From positions 29,429-93,428 of the forward strand of contig CALIKQ010000005.1 in NCBI GenBank assembly GCA_938017975.1: DNA of 64,000 nt, written 5' to 3'. This document shows positions 55,903 to 64,000 of the stretch, piece by piece. The stretch comes from an uncultured Pseudomonadales bacterium (lineage in GTDB: Bacteria > Pseudomonadota > Gammaproteobacteria > Pseudomonadales > Azotimanducaceae). The notes under the pieces were generated by a model. The model made no database searches, was not told the origin of the DNA, and saw only the letters and a list, made by a program, of their open reading frames with translations. Position numbers and translations under genes: made by a program. Numbering within the stretch: position 1 is the stretch's first letter; the number at the start of each line of letters is the position of its first letter.

Positions 55903-57066
55903 TTAGTGCGAGGCGCTCGGTGAATTTTTTGCGCTCTCAAAGGCGGTAATGCCCAAGGCTTCACGAATCGCGATTCCCGCTGGGGACGTCATGTCATCGA
56001 CGGGGATGCCTGTCGCATCGGCGATTCTCACCATGCGTTGAAAGTTAGCGGCAACGCCCGCTGCCTCGATAACAAGCTCAGGTGATGTCGCGTTTAACAG
56101 GTCAGTTCTTGCTGAGGCCAGGCGTTGCTGGTCGTCTGACATGAAAGCTTCAGAAAAAGATAGCAGGAGTTGGCCATGAACAATGCCCCGATGGGCAGCC
56201 GTTTTATCGCCCAGCAAAGCATCTAGATCGATCTCTGTCTCTGTGACGTGGGCGCTCGCACGGAGCATCCCTGCATGGGCATTCGTTCAGTAAAAGCAAC
56301 GATTAATTGCAGACACGCGCCCTGCAATCAGTTCCATTTGCAGTCTGTTTAAGACCCTGGAATTGGCTTGGACCAGATTGCCCATTTCTTCCAGGTGTAA
56401 ATAAAAGGCGCCTGCGATCCGTTTCCATTGTCTTACCAGATCCGGTGTGGCAGATAGCGCGCGAACGACATTGGCGCCAAATCCCGTTGGCCACAAATCT
56501 TCATTAGCCACCGTCAAACCTAATTTAGGAATCATCGGAACAAATCCAGTGCTTTGCTCAAGCGAGGGTGGCTGGCTTTGCGAGGGGACGCCTGGTTTTG
56601 GCTGGGGCAGCGGAGGCGGTGCTAGATCCAGTGCTCGGTGGAATTCGTCGATGCTAAAAATACAGACCACAAGGCCGACGAGCTCAACGTAGGCCAGTTT
56701 GGATAGTCCATCCTTTTCAAGTGCATCCACCTGAGCTCGTGTAATACGCCCTTGATCGGTAATGATTTGATGAATCATGTCGATGATTTTTTCGTCAAGG
56801 ATCAATGAGGGTGCGTGCTGGGCTTGAACAGACCTCCGAGATAACGCAGCCTTTTTTTCGTCGCATAGCCTACAATGCTTGGCCAAGCGACTTTCAGCGG
56901 CGATGGCAATTTTTTCGGAGGCTGTCCACCAATAGCCAGGCTCGCTGAGGTAATCGAGGTGCGCCTCGATAGCGCTTTGAATATCAGCGCGATTGTCTAA
57001 GGCGGACAGCAATAAGGGTGCATCGGCGGTCAAGAGCGTTACTCTGAGACGGGATGTTAGAAACAA
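55903..57066 (-). CDS. Two-domain carboxymuconolactone-decarboxylase/AhpD-like redox protein, predicted selenoprotein (in-frame TGA at 56287..56289 read as Sec260)
   Basis: Tracked ORFs 56287..57066 and 55903..56268 share one frame and are separated only by a TGA plus 6 sense codons. Read-through gives ...ELIAGRVSAINRCFY-U-TNAH..., the AhpD-core C-x-x-C-x-x-x-H motif with the TGA at the second Cys. The N-terminal domain carries an ordinary C65-R-L-C68. Confidence 0.6.
56250..56271 (-). other. Candidate bacterial SECIS-like hairpin downstream of the in-frame TGA
   Basis: The minus-strand sequence is GGG(A)UGCUC-CGUGC-GAGCGCCC. This gives an 8-bp stem including one G-U pair, with a 1-nt bulge and a 5-nt loop. 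It begins 15 nt after the TGA, and the loop starts 24 nt after the TGA. Confidence 0.35.
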
Positions 57067-57411
57067 TACTGATTCAAAGTTGGTTCTACAACTCTAACCT
57101 CTGAATGCTGAGCGACAACGCACAAAATGCTATCGCACGGGATCGATGATACGTTAACTGTTTGCCGACCTGAATCTGAACTCCGTGATGGTGCATTAGG
57201 CCGATTGACGAGATTTGTGGCATTTGCTCGATTGATCGATCATAAAGTCGCTCTTTGTTGTTTCGAGCAGGCTATAATTTGTAAACCAGCGTGTTCACAT
57301 CCCAGGCTACGGTAGCTCAGGATTGGATAGTAATGTCGGTCGGCCGAACTGGATGTGAAGGTGAGCAGGTCGGCAGAAGGGTGGTTTACATGAGAAAAAC
57401 GAGGGGTCGAT

Positions 57412-57975
57412 GTGATTAATACGCCGCAGGCCTGGTTAGCTGAGGTTGGTATTGAACGGTTTCGTCTCAGGCGGCAGCCAGAGCGGCAGAGGTCAGTGCT
57501 GCAGACACAGCAGGTTTCCGTGGCCGCAGAGACAGCTGTTCTCGAACCGCCGCGCGGTGATCTTGATACCGTTGTTGAGTGGACTGCGCGAATTCGAAAC
57601 TATCGGACGGTGGCGACATTAACTTGCTTTGATGAAACGCTGTCGGCATCGGACTTCAAGATGCTTGAACGCCTATCAAATGATATAGGAACCGCCGTTA
57701 ATGGCATGGCGATCCAGCCGTTGGTGCAAGAACAACGATTCAGCACTCTGGGCACTGACTTGATCGATGCGGAGCGTGTCCAGCGCTGGCTACAAGACCT
57801 GCCCGGATCTGTTGTGTTGCTTGCCGGTAATTGCACCGCATTTTCAAATCTCTTGATTCGCGCCGGTCAGATTCGAGAACCTGCTCCGATCTTGATCAGC
57901 GGAATTTTAAGTGCGTCTGAAATGCTCGAGAAAAAGCGGGAATTGTGGCGAGCACTGAGCGCTCAGATTCATTAG
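57412..57975 (+). CDS. holD: DNA polymerase III psi subunit-like protein (divergent, extended)
   Basis: It lies immediately upstream of rimI, as in the enterobacterial holD-rimI arrangement. The N-terminus QAWLAEVGIERFRLRR parallels E. coli HolD DWQLQQLGITQWSLRR. It has a GTG start. Confidence 0.5.
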   Translation: MINTPQAWLAEVGIERFRLRRQPERQRSVLQTQQVSVAAETAVLEPPRGDLDTVVEWTARIRNYRTVATLTCFDETLSASDFKMLERLSNDIGTAVNGMAIQPLVQEQRFSTLGTDLIDAERVQRWLQDLPGSVVLLAGNCTAFSNLLIRAGQIREPAPILISGILSASEMLEKKRELWRALSAQIH

Positions 57976-57988
57976 TGGAAAACTAGTA

Positions 57989-58444
57989 GTGGAAGGTCAG
58001 TGTGTGAACATCAGGGTCATGAAGCATATTGATATGCCCTATGTTTTGAGAAATGAGCTTGCCGCGTATCCCCATCCTTGGCGAGAAGGGCATTTTAGAA
58101 CCAGCTTAAACGGCGGAGACGACTGCTTCGTCATGGAGAGTGACTCGCGCTTGGTCGGGCATGGAATCTTGAGTACTGGCGCCGGCGAAGCGCATGTGCT
58201 CAATCTTTGTGTGCACCCGGAGGCTCAGGGGTGCGGTTTCGGACGTAAAATGCTGGATCATCTCTTGGATACGGCGTCTCAAAAAGCGGTGAACGTTGTC
58301 TTTTTGGAGGTGCGTGCTTCTAACCGAAGCGCACGAGCGCTATACGAATCGGCAGGGTTTAACGAAATGGGGCTTCGGCCGAATTATTATCCTGATGTCC
58401 ATGGAAGAGAGGATGCAGTTTTAATGGGTAAGGAATTGGTGTAG
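57989..58444 (+). CDS. rimI: Ribosomal-protein-alanine N-acetyltransferase (GNAT)
   Basis: It resembles E. coli RimI closely. The blocks are [50 protein letters not shown] and RPNYYP...GREDAVLM. Confidence 0.85.
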   Translation: MEGQCVNIRVMKHIDMPYVLRNELAAYPHPWREGHFRTSLNGGDDCFVMESDSRLVGHGILSTGAGEAHVLNLCVHPEAQGCGFGRKMLDHLLDTASQKAVNVVFLEVRASNRSARALYESAGFNEMGLRPNYYPDVHGREDAVLMGKELV

Positions 58445-58496
58445 TTCAATCGCATCAAACGGCTATAATGCGCGCCTTATTGGACGAGGTAAGCTC

Positions 58497-60074
58497 ATGA
58501 CCCGCTCTGAAGTCGATCGACGAAGAACGTTCGCGATAATCTCTCACCCCGACGCGGGTAAAACTACGATCACAGAGAAATTATTGTTGCTGGGAAAAGC
58601 CATACAAATGGCTGGAACCGTCAAGTCCAAAAAGTCAGACCGCTACGCGACATCAGACTGGATGGCGATGGAAAAAGAGCGGGGTATCTCGGTGACTACC
58701 TCAGTGATGCAGTTCCCTTACCGTGACTGTGTCGTCAATTTGCTGGACACGCCGGGTCACGAAGATTTTTCTGAAGATACCTATCGGACGCTGACCGCGG
58801 TTGATTCTGTGCTCATGGTTATCGACGGCGCCAAAGGTGTTGAAGACCGAACCATTAAGCTGATGGAGGTCTGTCGGCTTCGAGACACGCCAATTTTAAC
58901 TTTCATCAACAAATTAGATAGGGAGATCAAAGAACCTATCGAACTGCTGGATGAAGTTGAGGCGGTGTTGAATATTGACTGTGCCCCGATGACCTGGCCC
59001 ATCAGTATGGGGCAGCGCTTTCAAGGGGTTTATCACCTCTATGAAGACTGTATTTACCCCTATCGAGGAGAAGTACTGGCGCCTCTGTCCGAACCCGAGC
59101 GGATTGAAGGCCTTGATAGTCCGGCTGCGCGAGATCTTTTGGGCGATCGCTGGGACGACTTCAAAGATGAAATTGAGTTGGTGCGGGGTGCTTCACACGA
59201 ATTTGATCAAGCAGCTTATTTGGCGGGCACTCTGTCTCCGGTCTACTTTGGTACGGCTCTGCGCAATTTCGGGGTGATGGAGATGCTTGATGGGTTCGTC
59301 GCCATGTCACCGTCACCGCTGCCAAGAGAAACCACGGGTCAGCGGGTTGATCCCAATAACCCAGAATTTTCAGGGTTTGTTTTTAAGATCCAAGCGAACA
59401 TGGACCCAAAGCACCGGGACCGTATTGCTTTTTTGAGGGTTTGCTCGGGGACTTATGAGCAAGGGATGCGGATGCATCATGTCCGCTTGGGCAAGGATGT
59501 CAAAATCAGCGATGCGGTGACCTTTCTGGCTGGCGAGCGAGCGGCCATTGGACATGCCTTTGCTGGCGATATTATTGGCCTGCATAATCACGGGACTATT
59601 CAGATTGGTGATACTTTCAGTGGCGGCCGGAAAGATCGCTTCATTGGAGTGCCGCATTTTGCCCCAGAGTTGTTTCGCCGAGTTCGACTGAAAGATCCGC
59701 TGAAGAGTAAGCAATTGCGCCAAGGCTTGACTCAGCTCTCAGAGGAGGGCGCAACTCAAGTTTTTATGCCGCTCACCAATAACGATCTTATCTTGGGTGC
59801 GGTGGGGGTCTTGCAGTTCGATGTCGTGGCCTATCGCTTGAAAGATGAGTACAAGGTCGATTGTGGTTACGAGTCTGTCGCTGTGAACACAGCACGCTGG
59901 GTGGTCTCATCCGACCTTAAACAACTAGAAGAATTCAAACGTAAGGCTGAAGGCCATCTGGCTTTAGATGGTGGTGGTCATCTGACCTATTTGGCGCCAT
60001 CGCGTGTAAATTTATCGTTGATGGAAGAGCGTTGGCCTTCAATTGAGTTTAGAGCCACTCGAGAGATTGCTTGA
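58497..60074 (+). CDS. prfC: Peptide chain release factor 3 (translational GTPase)
   Basis: It has [23 protein letters not shown] (G1), DTPGHEDF (G3) and NKLD (G4). Length is 525 aa. Confidence 0.92.
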   Translation: MTRSEVDRRRTFAIISHPDAGKTTITEKLLLLGKAIQMAGTVKSKKSDRYATSDWMAMEKERGISVTTSVMQFPYRDCVVNLLDTPGHEDFSEDTYRTLTAVDSVLMVIDGAKGVEDRTIKLMEVCRLRDTPILTFINKLDREIKEPIELLDEVEAVLNIDCAPMTWPISMGQRFQGVYHLYEDCIYPYRGEVLAPLSEPERIEGLDSPAARDLLGDRWDDFKDEIELVRGASHEFDQAAYLAGTLSPVYFGTALRNFGVMEMLDGFVAMSPSPLPRETTGQRVDPNNPEFSGFVFKIQANMDPKHRDRIAFLRVCSGTYEQGMRMHHVRLGKDVKISDAVTFLAGERAAIGHAFAGDIIGLHNHGTIQIGDTFSGGRKDRFIGVPHFAPELFRRVRLKDPLKSKQLRQGLTQLSEEGATQVFMPLTNNDLILGAVGVLQFDVVAYRLKDEYKVDCGYESVAVNTARWVVSSDLKQLEEFKRKAEGHLALDGGGHLTYLAPSRVNLSLMEERWPSIEFRATREIA

Positions 60075-60250
60075 TTGAAAGCATAATGGTGGAGCTGTTC
60101 TTCACAGCCTACTAGGTGGTGGCGCTCTACTGAGATTTTTTAGAGCGGCGCGTGGATGGGCGTGCTGGGAGTCGCGTTGGCGGATGCCTCAGAGGCAAAT
60201 GGGTCTGCAGTCATCAGCTCCGCGCGGTCTCTTGCTGCATCATTACCAAC

Positions 60251-62095
60251 TCAGACCATGTCTTCATAAGGATTGTCGACCTGCAAAGAGATCGGTTTGG
60301 CATGCCCCGGGATCGTGATGGTGGCATCGGTTAGATTCAGCGCTGAGCCCTCAACAACACCTTGTCCAAATTGATAGATCGGTGCAGTCTCATTTTTTAG
60401 GCAGGCCTCGTCATAGGCATAGCTGCTTGCAATGGTCTCAGTCTGGCGGTCTTGGAATTTTATCATTGCTGCTTTGCCGTGACGTTTGGCGAGCATGGAA
60501 TTCGTCACCTCTGGGGACAATATCGCGGCAGTCGCGTTATTGCCGCCAAAACCTTTTGAATTGATGAACGCGGCCTGCAAATGATTGGGATCAACCGCGC
60601 GGTGTTTGAGTAAAAAATCTAGATTGGACCGGTGCACGTCCTCGGCAATGGCGGCAGTGGTTTGGATGCCCGGAATAATATGGTCATGCCAGACCCCCAA
60701 AGAGGCGATGATCTGATCCCCAGACGCGCAGGCCAAGGAATGACCAACAAATGCCTTGATCGCCGTTACCGGCCAATCCTGAATACCAAATGCCTCAGCA
60801 AGTTTGTCAAAAATATGAGATTCGGTGACCCGATTTTGAGGCGTCCCAGTGCCATGAGCTTGAATATAGGTATGGTGTTTGAGCGCAGCCTCACCGAGTA
60901 TCGCTCGCACCGAGCCCATGGCTTTACCCAGGGTTAAATAGTTGCCAATGCCCGGACCCGGAATCGACTTCTTAAAGCCATCGGCATTGACGAAGACATC
61001 AGCGACGGATCCATAAACGTGTGCTCCGAGTTCTACTGCGAGCGCGTCGTCAAATAAAACCACAAATTGAGACGCTTCAGCCAAAGTAAAGCCACAATTT
61101 TCTCCGAAGGGACGGCAGGCTCGGGTGTGGTCTGGGGTTTCAAGGGTACCACCGTCGAGTTTTAAGAGAGCCTCGTCTTCGGCCAATGCGCCCATCGTCC
61201 GATAGCCCTCGATGACCTCGGGTGTAATGGGTGCTTCACTCGAACCGATCACGGCGACCCGGCAGTTGCCGGCTCTGATATCCGACATACCCTGGCGAAG
61301 GTTGTACAAGAAGGTTGCGCAGGCACCGACATTCGCGCCGGTAGCGCCAACGCTGCCAATCACATAGGCATTGACAAAGTCAGCGGTCATTTCAGCGAGG
61401 CCCAGGGGGCAATTCTTCGCGCTGACTCTTTTACCCATGAGTGCAGACTGCAACATGCCCGCTGAACCATTAAAGTCCAGCTGCCCCATCGCGCTGCTGG
61501 CATAGACCGCGATTTGGTCCCCAGCCACATGGTCAGTGATGGTTTGCCAGGGAATTCCGAGGGACTGGATGGCATCGGAAGCACCAAATACAGTCAGTTG
61601 CAGGCCCCTTGGGTGGCTACGGGATTGATATAATGCTTCTGGATCAAAACCAGAGGGCAGTTGACCCGCGGAATTGACTCTAGACGCCCGACCATCGGGA
61701 AACAAAACTTCCAGTGCTTTGCTTGTTGTGACTCTGACTTCTTGTTCGTTGTGGTTTTCGATCAGCCAGTCGGCGGGCAGCTGCTCTGGTAGGTGACTTT
61801 TTTTGATTAAAAATGTCAGTGGATCTTCTGTTTGCGGATTAAGCATTGCCTGCTTATTTGAACGATAGAGATCGGGATCAAATAAGTTGTTAGAAAGCTT
61901 TCGGATGAGCGTGTTGCTGAGAATGTGGCCTTGATCTAAGTCACAGTTCATTAATGCTGCGAGTGATTGTAGGGTCCTTTGCTGTTGCTCTAAAGCGAGT
62001 TCATCAAAGACCAGGCGCCGGTAACCGTGGTGTCCTGAACTACGTCCTGCCGGATTTATGCCGCCGAAGCCGACGATTACAGGCAGTCTTGTCAC
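60251..62095 (-). CDS. fabY: FabY-type beta-ketoacyl-ACP synthase (long KAS I/II-like initiating condensing enzyme, PA5174 family)
   Basis: Length is 614 aa. It has MTRLPVIVGFGGINPAGRSS.HHG.RR, HPRGLQ, the active-site context GACATFLYNL, RPFGENCGFTLAE and FVNADGFKKSIPGPG. These closely follow P. aeruginosa FabY as I recall it. Confidence 0.7.
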   Translation of the reverse strand: MTRLPVIVGFGGINPAGRSSGHHGYRRLVFDELALEQQQRTLQSLAALMNCDLDQGHILSNTLIRKLSNNLFDPDLYRSNKQAMLNPQTEDPLTFLIKKSHLPEQLPADWLIENHNEQEVRVTTSKALEVLFPDGRASRVNSAGQLPSGFDPEALYQSRSHPRGLQLTVFGASDAIQSLGIPWQTITDHVAGDQIAVYASSAMGQLDFNGSAGMLQSALMGKRVSAKNCPLGLAEMTADFVNAYVIGSVGATGANVGACATFLYNLRQGMSDIRAGNCRVAVIGSSEAPITPEVIEGYRTMGALAEDEALLKLDGGTLETPDHTRACRPFGENCGFTLAEASQFVVLFDDALAVELGAHVYGSVADVFVNADGFKKSIPGPGIGNYLTLGKAMGSVRAILGEAALKHHTYIQAHGTGTPQNRVTESHIFDKLAEAFGIQDWPVTAIKAFVGHSLACASGDQIIASLGVWHDHIIPGIQTTAAIAEDVHRSNLDFLLKHRAVDPNHLQAAFINSKGFGGNNATAAILSPEVTNSMLAKRHGKAAMIKFQDRQTETIASSYAYDEACLKNETAPIYQFGQGVVEGSALNLTDATITIPGHAKPISLQVDNPYEDMV

Positions 62096-62188
62096 GTTCC
62101 GGATCCTTGCAGCAGCTGAGACAATTGTAAGCCGTAAAAGTCGATAAAAGCCAGAGCCTGGGTCAGATCATTTCCGACCCTTTGGCGG

Positions 62189-63367
62189 CTAAACCAGTTC
62201 GACGGCGATTGCAGTGGCTTCACCGCCGCCGATGCACAATGAAGCGATACCTTTTCGTTTGTTGGCTCGTTTCAAGGCATGAATGAGCGTTACGATCAGC
62301 CTCGAACCCGTTGAGCCTATGGGATGACCTTGAGCACAAGCACCCCCGTAAACGTTCACTTTATCGGGATTGATGCCCACCTCTTTAATCGCCAGCATGG
62401 TCACCATTGCAAATGCCTCGTTGATTTCAAACAGGTCAACCTCCTCCAGCGACCATTCAACTTTTGCGAGTAATTTTTTGATCGCATCGATGGGCGCCAG
62501 TGTGAATTCGGCGGGGTGCCTGGAATGGGTGCTGTGTCCCAAGATCTTCGCGATCGGGGTCAAGCCCTCTGCATGGACAGCAGTCTCGCTTGCCAAAACG
62601 AGCGCAGAGGCGCCATCGGAGATGGAGCTGGAATTGGCCGCGGTTACTGTACCATCGGTTTTAAAAGCCGGTTTGAGCGCTCTGATTTTTTCTAAATTAG
62701 CGTTGCCGGGCTGTTCATCAACGGTAATGGTGCGCTCGCCTTTTCGGTCACGGACTGTGATGGGTACAATTTCATCCTGTGACGCACCGGACTCGATCGC
62801 GGCTATGGCCTTTTGTAGACTCCCGATGGCGTAATCATCCATTTGCTCACGAGAAAGTTGAAATTGGTCAGCAACATCTTGGGCGAAGGCGCCCATCAGC
62901 CTGCCAGTTTTGGCATCCTCCAGACCATCTGTGAACATACAGTCTTGCAATTGACCGTGTCCCATTCGCAGTCCCGACCTTGCTTTAGGAACGATATAGG
63001 GTGCATTGCTCATGCTCTCCATACCGCCAGCGATCATGATGTCGTTGGTTCCAGCTTTGATCAGATCATGAGCGAGCATAGTGGCTTTCATTCCCGAGCC
63101 GCATAGCTTGTTGATGGTCGTGGCACCTACGCTATCAGGGATGCCCGCGTCGATTGCTGCCTGGCGGGCTGGACCTTGCCTGAGTCCCGTCGGTAAAACG
63201 CACCCCATAATCACTTCATCGATTTTGGACCCATCGATTTCTGCGCGAGTCAGCGCGCCTCGAATGGCCGCTTCACCGAGCTCAACGGCCGAAAGCGCCG
63301 CAAGGTCGCCCTGGAGGCCTCCCATGGGTGTCCGCGCACCCGCGGCGATATAGACATCTTGACTCAT
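62189..63367 (-). CDS. Acetyl-CoA C-acetyltransferase (thiolase II-type)
   Basis: It has the active-site Cys context NKLCGSGMKA, NEAFA, and the C-terminal GGACAQGHPIGSTG and CIGGGEA. Confidence 0.88.
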   Translation of the reverse strand: MSQDVYIAAGARTPMGGLQGDLAALSAVELGEAAIRGALTRAEIDGSKIDEVIMGCVLPTGLRQGPARQAAIDAGIPDSVGATTINKLCGSGMKATMLAHDLIKAGTNDIMIAGGMESMSNAPYIVPKARSGLRMGHGQLQDCMFTDGLEDAKTGRLMGAFAQDVADQFQLSREQMDDYAIGSLQKAIAAIESGASQDEIVPITVRDRKGERTITVDEQPGNANLEKIRALKPAFKTDGTVTAANSSSISDGASALVLASETAVHAEGLTPIAKILGHSTHSRHPAEFTLAPIDAIKKLLAKVEWSLEEVDLFEINEAFAMVTMLAIKEVGINPDKVNVYGGACAQGHPIGSTGSRLIVTLIHALKRANKRKGIASLCIGGGEATAIAVELV

Positions 63368-63523
63368 AGATTGATCCTAACAATATTTAAAATGGTGGTT
63401 ATGGGCTCATTTAAGAGCCGATAAAGCTTAAACTAAGGTGCTATTGATAACTACCCCGACGAATCTCCATGTGCGGGATGTGCTATCATTTTTGACAATG
63501 AATTGAGAAGTGAGGAGAGCGGT

Positions 63524-64000
63524 ATGTCGAGTCAAGCAGCAGCAGCGCTGACGATTTTTAAGTCGCTTGAAGGGCAAGAAGAAGGGGTCGGATCTTGGTT
63601 CGAAGTTGATCAGGATCGTATTAATCTTTTCGCTGATGCAACGATGGACCATCAATTTATACACATTGACCCCGAAAAGTCTGCTGAACTATCCCCGTAC
63701 AAAGTAACGATCGCGCATGGATTTTTGACACTCAGTCTGATTGTCCATTTGGGCGGTACGGTACCTGTTCCAAGGCCTGATGCGCTTGAGGGCGTTTTTA
63801 TGGGCGTAAACTACGGGCTTGATAAAGTCCGATTTCCAGCTCCTGTTCCGGTTGGGTCAAAAGTACGTGCTCGCCATACGTTAATGCTGGCCGAACTCAA
63901 GGCGCCCAACACGATCCAATTAAAGCGAGCAGTGACCATCGAACTAGAGGGTTCTAGTAAACCCGTATGCGTTGCAGAATCGCTAACGAGACTTATGTAC
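63524..64000 (+). CDS. MaoC-like (R)-specific enoyl-CoA hydratase/dehydratase (NodN-like), 3' end outside the window
   Basis: This ORF is not in the supplied track because it runs off the window. The ATG at 63524 is preceded by GAGGAG. My translation is MSSQAAAALTIFKSLEGQEEGVGSWFEVDQDRINLFADATMDHQFIHIDPEK...IAHGFLTLSL, with the hot-dog fold motif D..QFIH.D. Confidence 0.75.
   Translation, partial: MSSQAAAALTIFKSLEGQEEGVGSWFEVDQDRINLFADATMDHQFIHIDPEKSAELSPYKVTIAHGFLTLSLIVHLGGTVPVPRPDALEGVFMGVNYGLDKVRFPAPVPVGSKVRARHTLMLAELKAPNTIQLKRAVTIELEGSSKPVCVAESLTRLMY

Noticed and set aside
55903-56289. Alternative reading of the CMD locus as a pseudogene or two independent genes
   Set aside because: This is not fully excluded. 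It is disfavoured for three reasons: the frame is maintained across the stop, the stop coincides precisely with the catalytic Cys position with the motif His downstream, and both halves look intact with no other stops or frameshifts.
57305-57360. tRNA-like start GGCTACGGTAGCTCAGGATTGGATAG in the intergenic region upstream of holD
   Set aside because: The D-stem cannot close because no GAGC follows the D-loop. There is no GTTCGAATC-like T-arm and no acceptor complement. It is most likely chance similarity or a degraded fragment.
60123-60147. Hairpin CGCTCTA-N11-TAGAGCG between convergent prfC and fabY as a possible terminator
   Set aside because: The loop is 11 nt and the T-run lies inside the loop rather than after the stem. 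It is not a convincing intrinsic terminator.
1-64000. Mobile elements, prophage, CRISPR arrays, rRNA/tRNA genes, defence systems
   Set aside because: I recognised no transposase, integrase, recombinase, Cas, restriction-modification or toxin-antitoxin-like ORFs. By-eye inspection found no regularly spaced repeats and no structural RNA genes.

Overview
This is a gene-dense chromosomal segment with about 62 protein genes. Sampled lines give roughly 53-55% GC. I infer a marine-type gammaproteobacterium from the holD-rimI-prfC synteny, a FabY-type ketoacyl synthase, PA0148-type adenine deaminase and two TonB-dependent receptors. I found no rRNA, tRNA, CRISPR array, transposase, integrase or phage genes. 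The content is almost entirely catabolic or housekeeping, in this order. (1) Purine/ureide genes: nucleoside permease, adenine/adenosine deaminase, allantoicase-like protein, ureidoglycolate lyase. (2) A cobalt-type nitrile hydratase locus whose beta gene is separated from alpha and accessory genes by a lower-GC two-gene insertion. (3) A long lipid/terpenoid-like oxidation region with crotonases, a Rieske oxygenase, SDRs, MDR dehydrogenases and a tightly coupled operon of molybdopterin oxidoreductase, acyl-CoA ligase, histidine phosphatase, APH-like kinase and P450. It also holds a TonB receptor and a TetR-divergent ThuA/SDR/LLM/ABM/LEH operon. (4) An E1alpha-E1beta-AcoX-E2-E3 2-oxoacid/acetoin-type dehydrogenase operon. 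(5) A valine-type acyl-CoA operon. (6) holD-rimI-prfC, fabY, a thiolase and a MaoC dehydratase. The most notable observation is a two-domain AhpD/CMD-like protein (55903..57066, minus strand). The ORF track splits it at an in-frame TGA that sits exactly on the second Cys of the CxxCxxxH redox motif, and a hairpin follows downstream. I interpret this as a probable selenocysteine codon. Many long ORFs in the supplied track are antisense or shadow frames of real genes and are not reported. Several starts were moved to internal ATG/GTG codons that have Shine-Dalgarno support.
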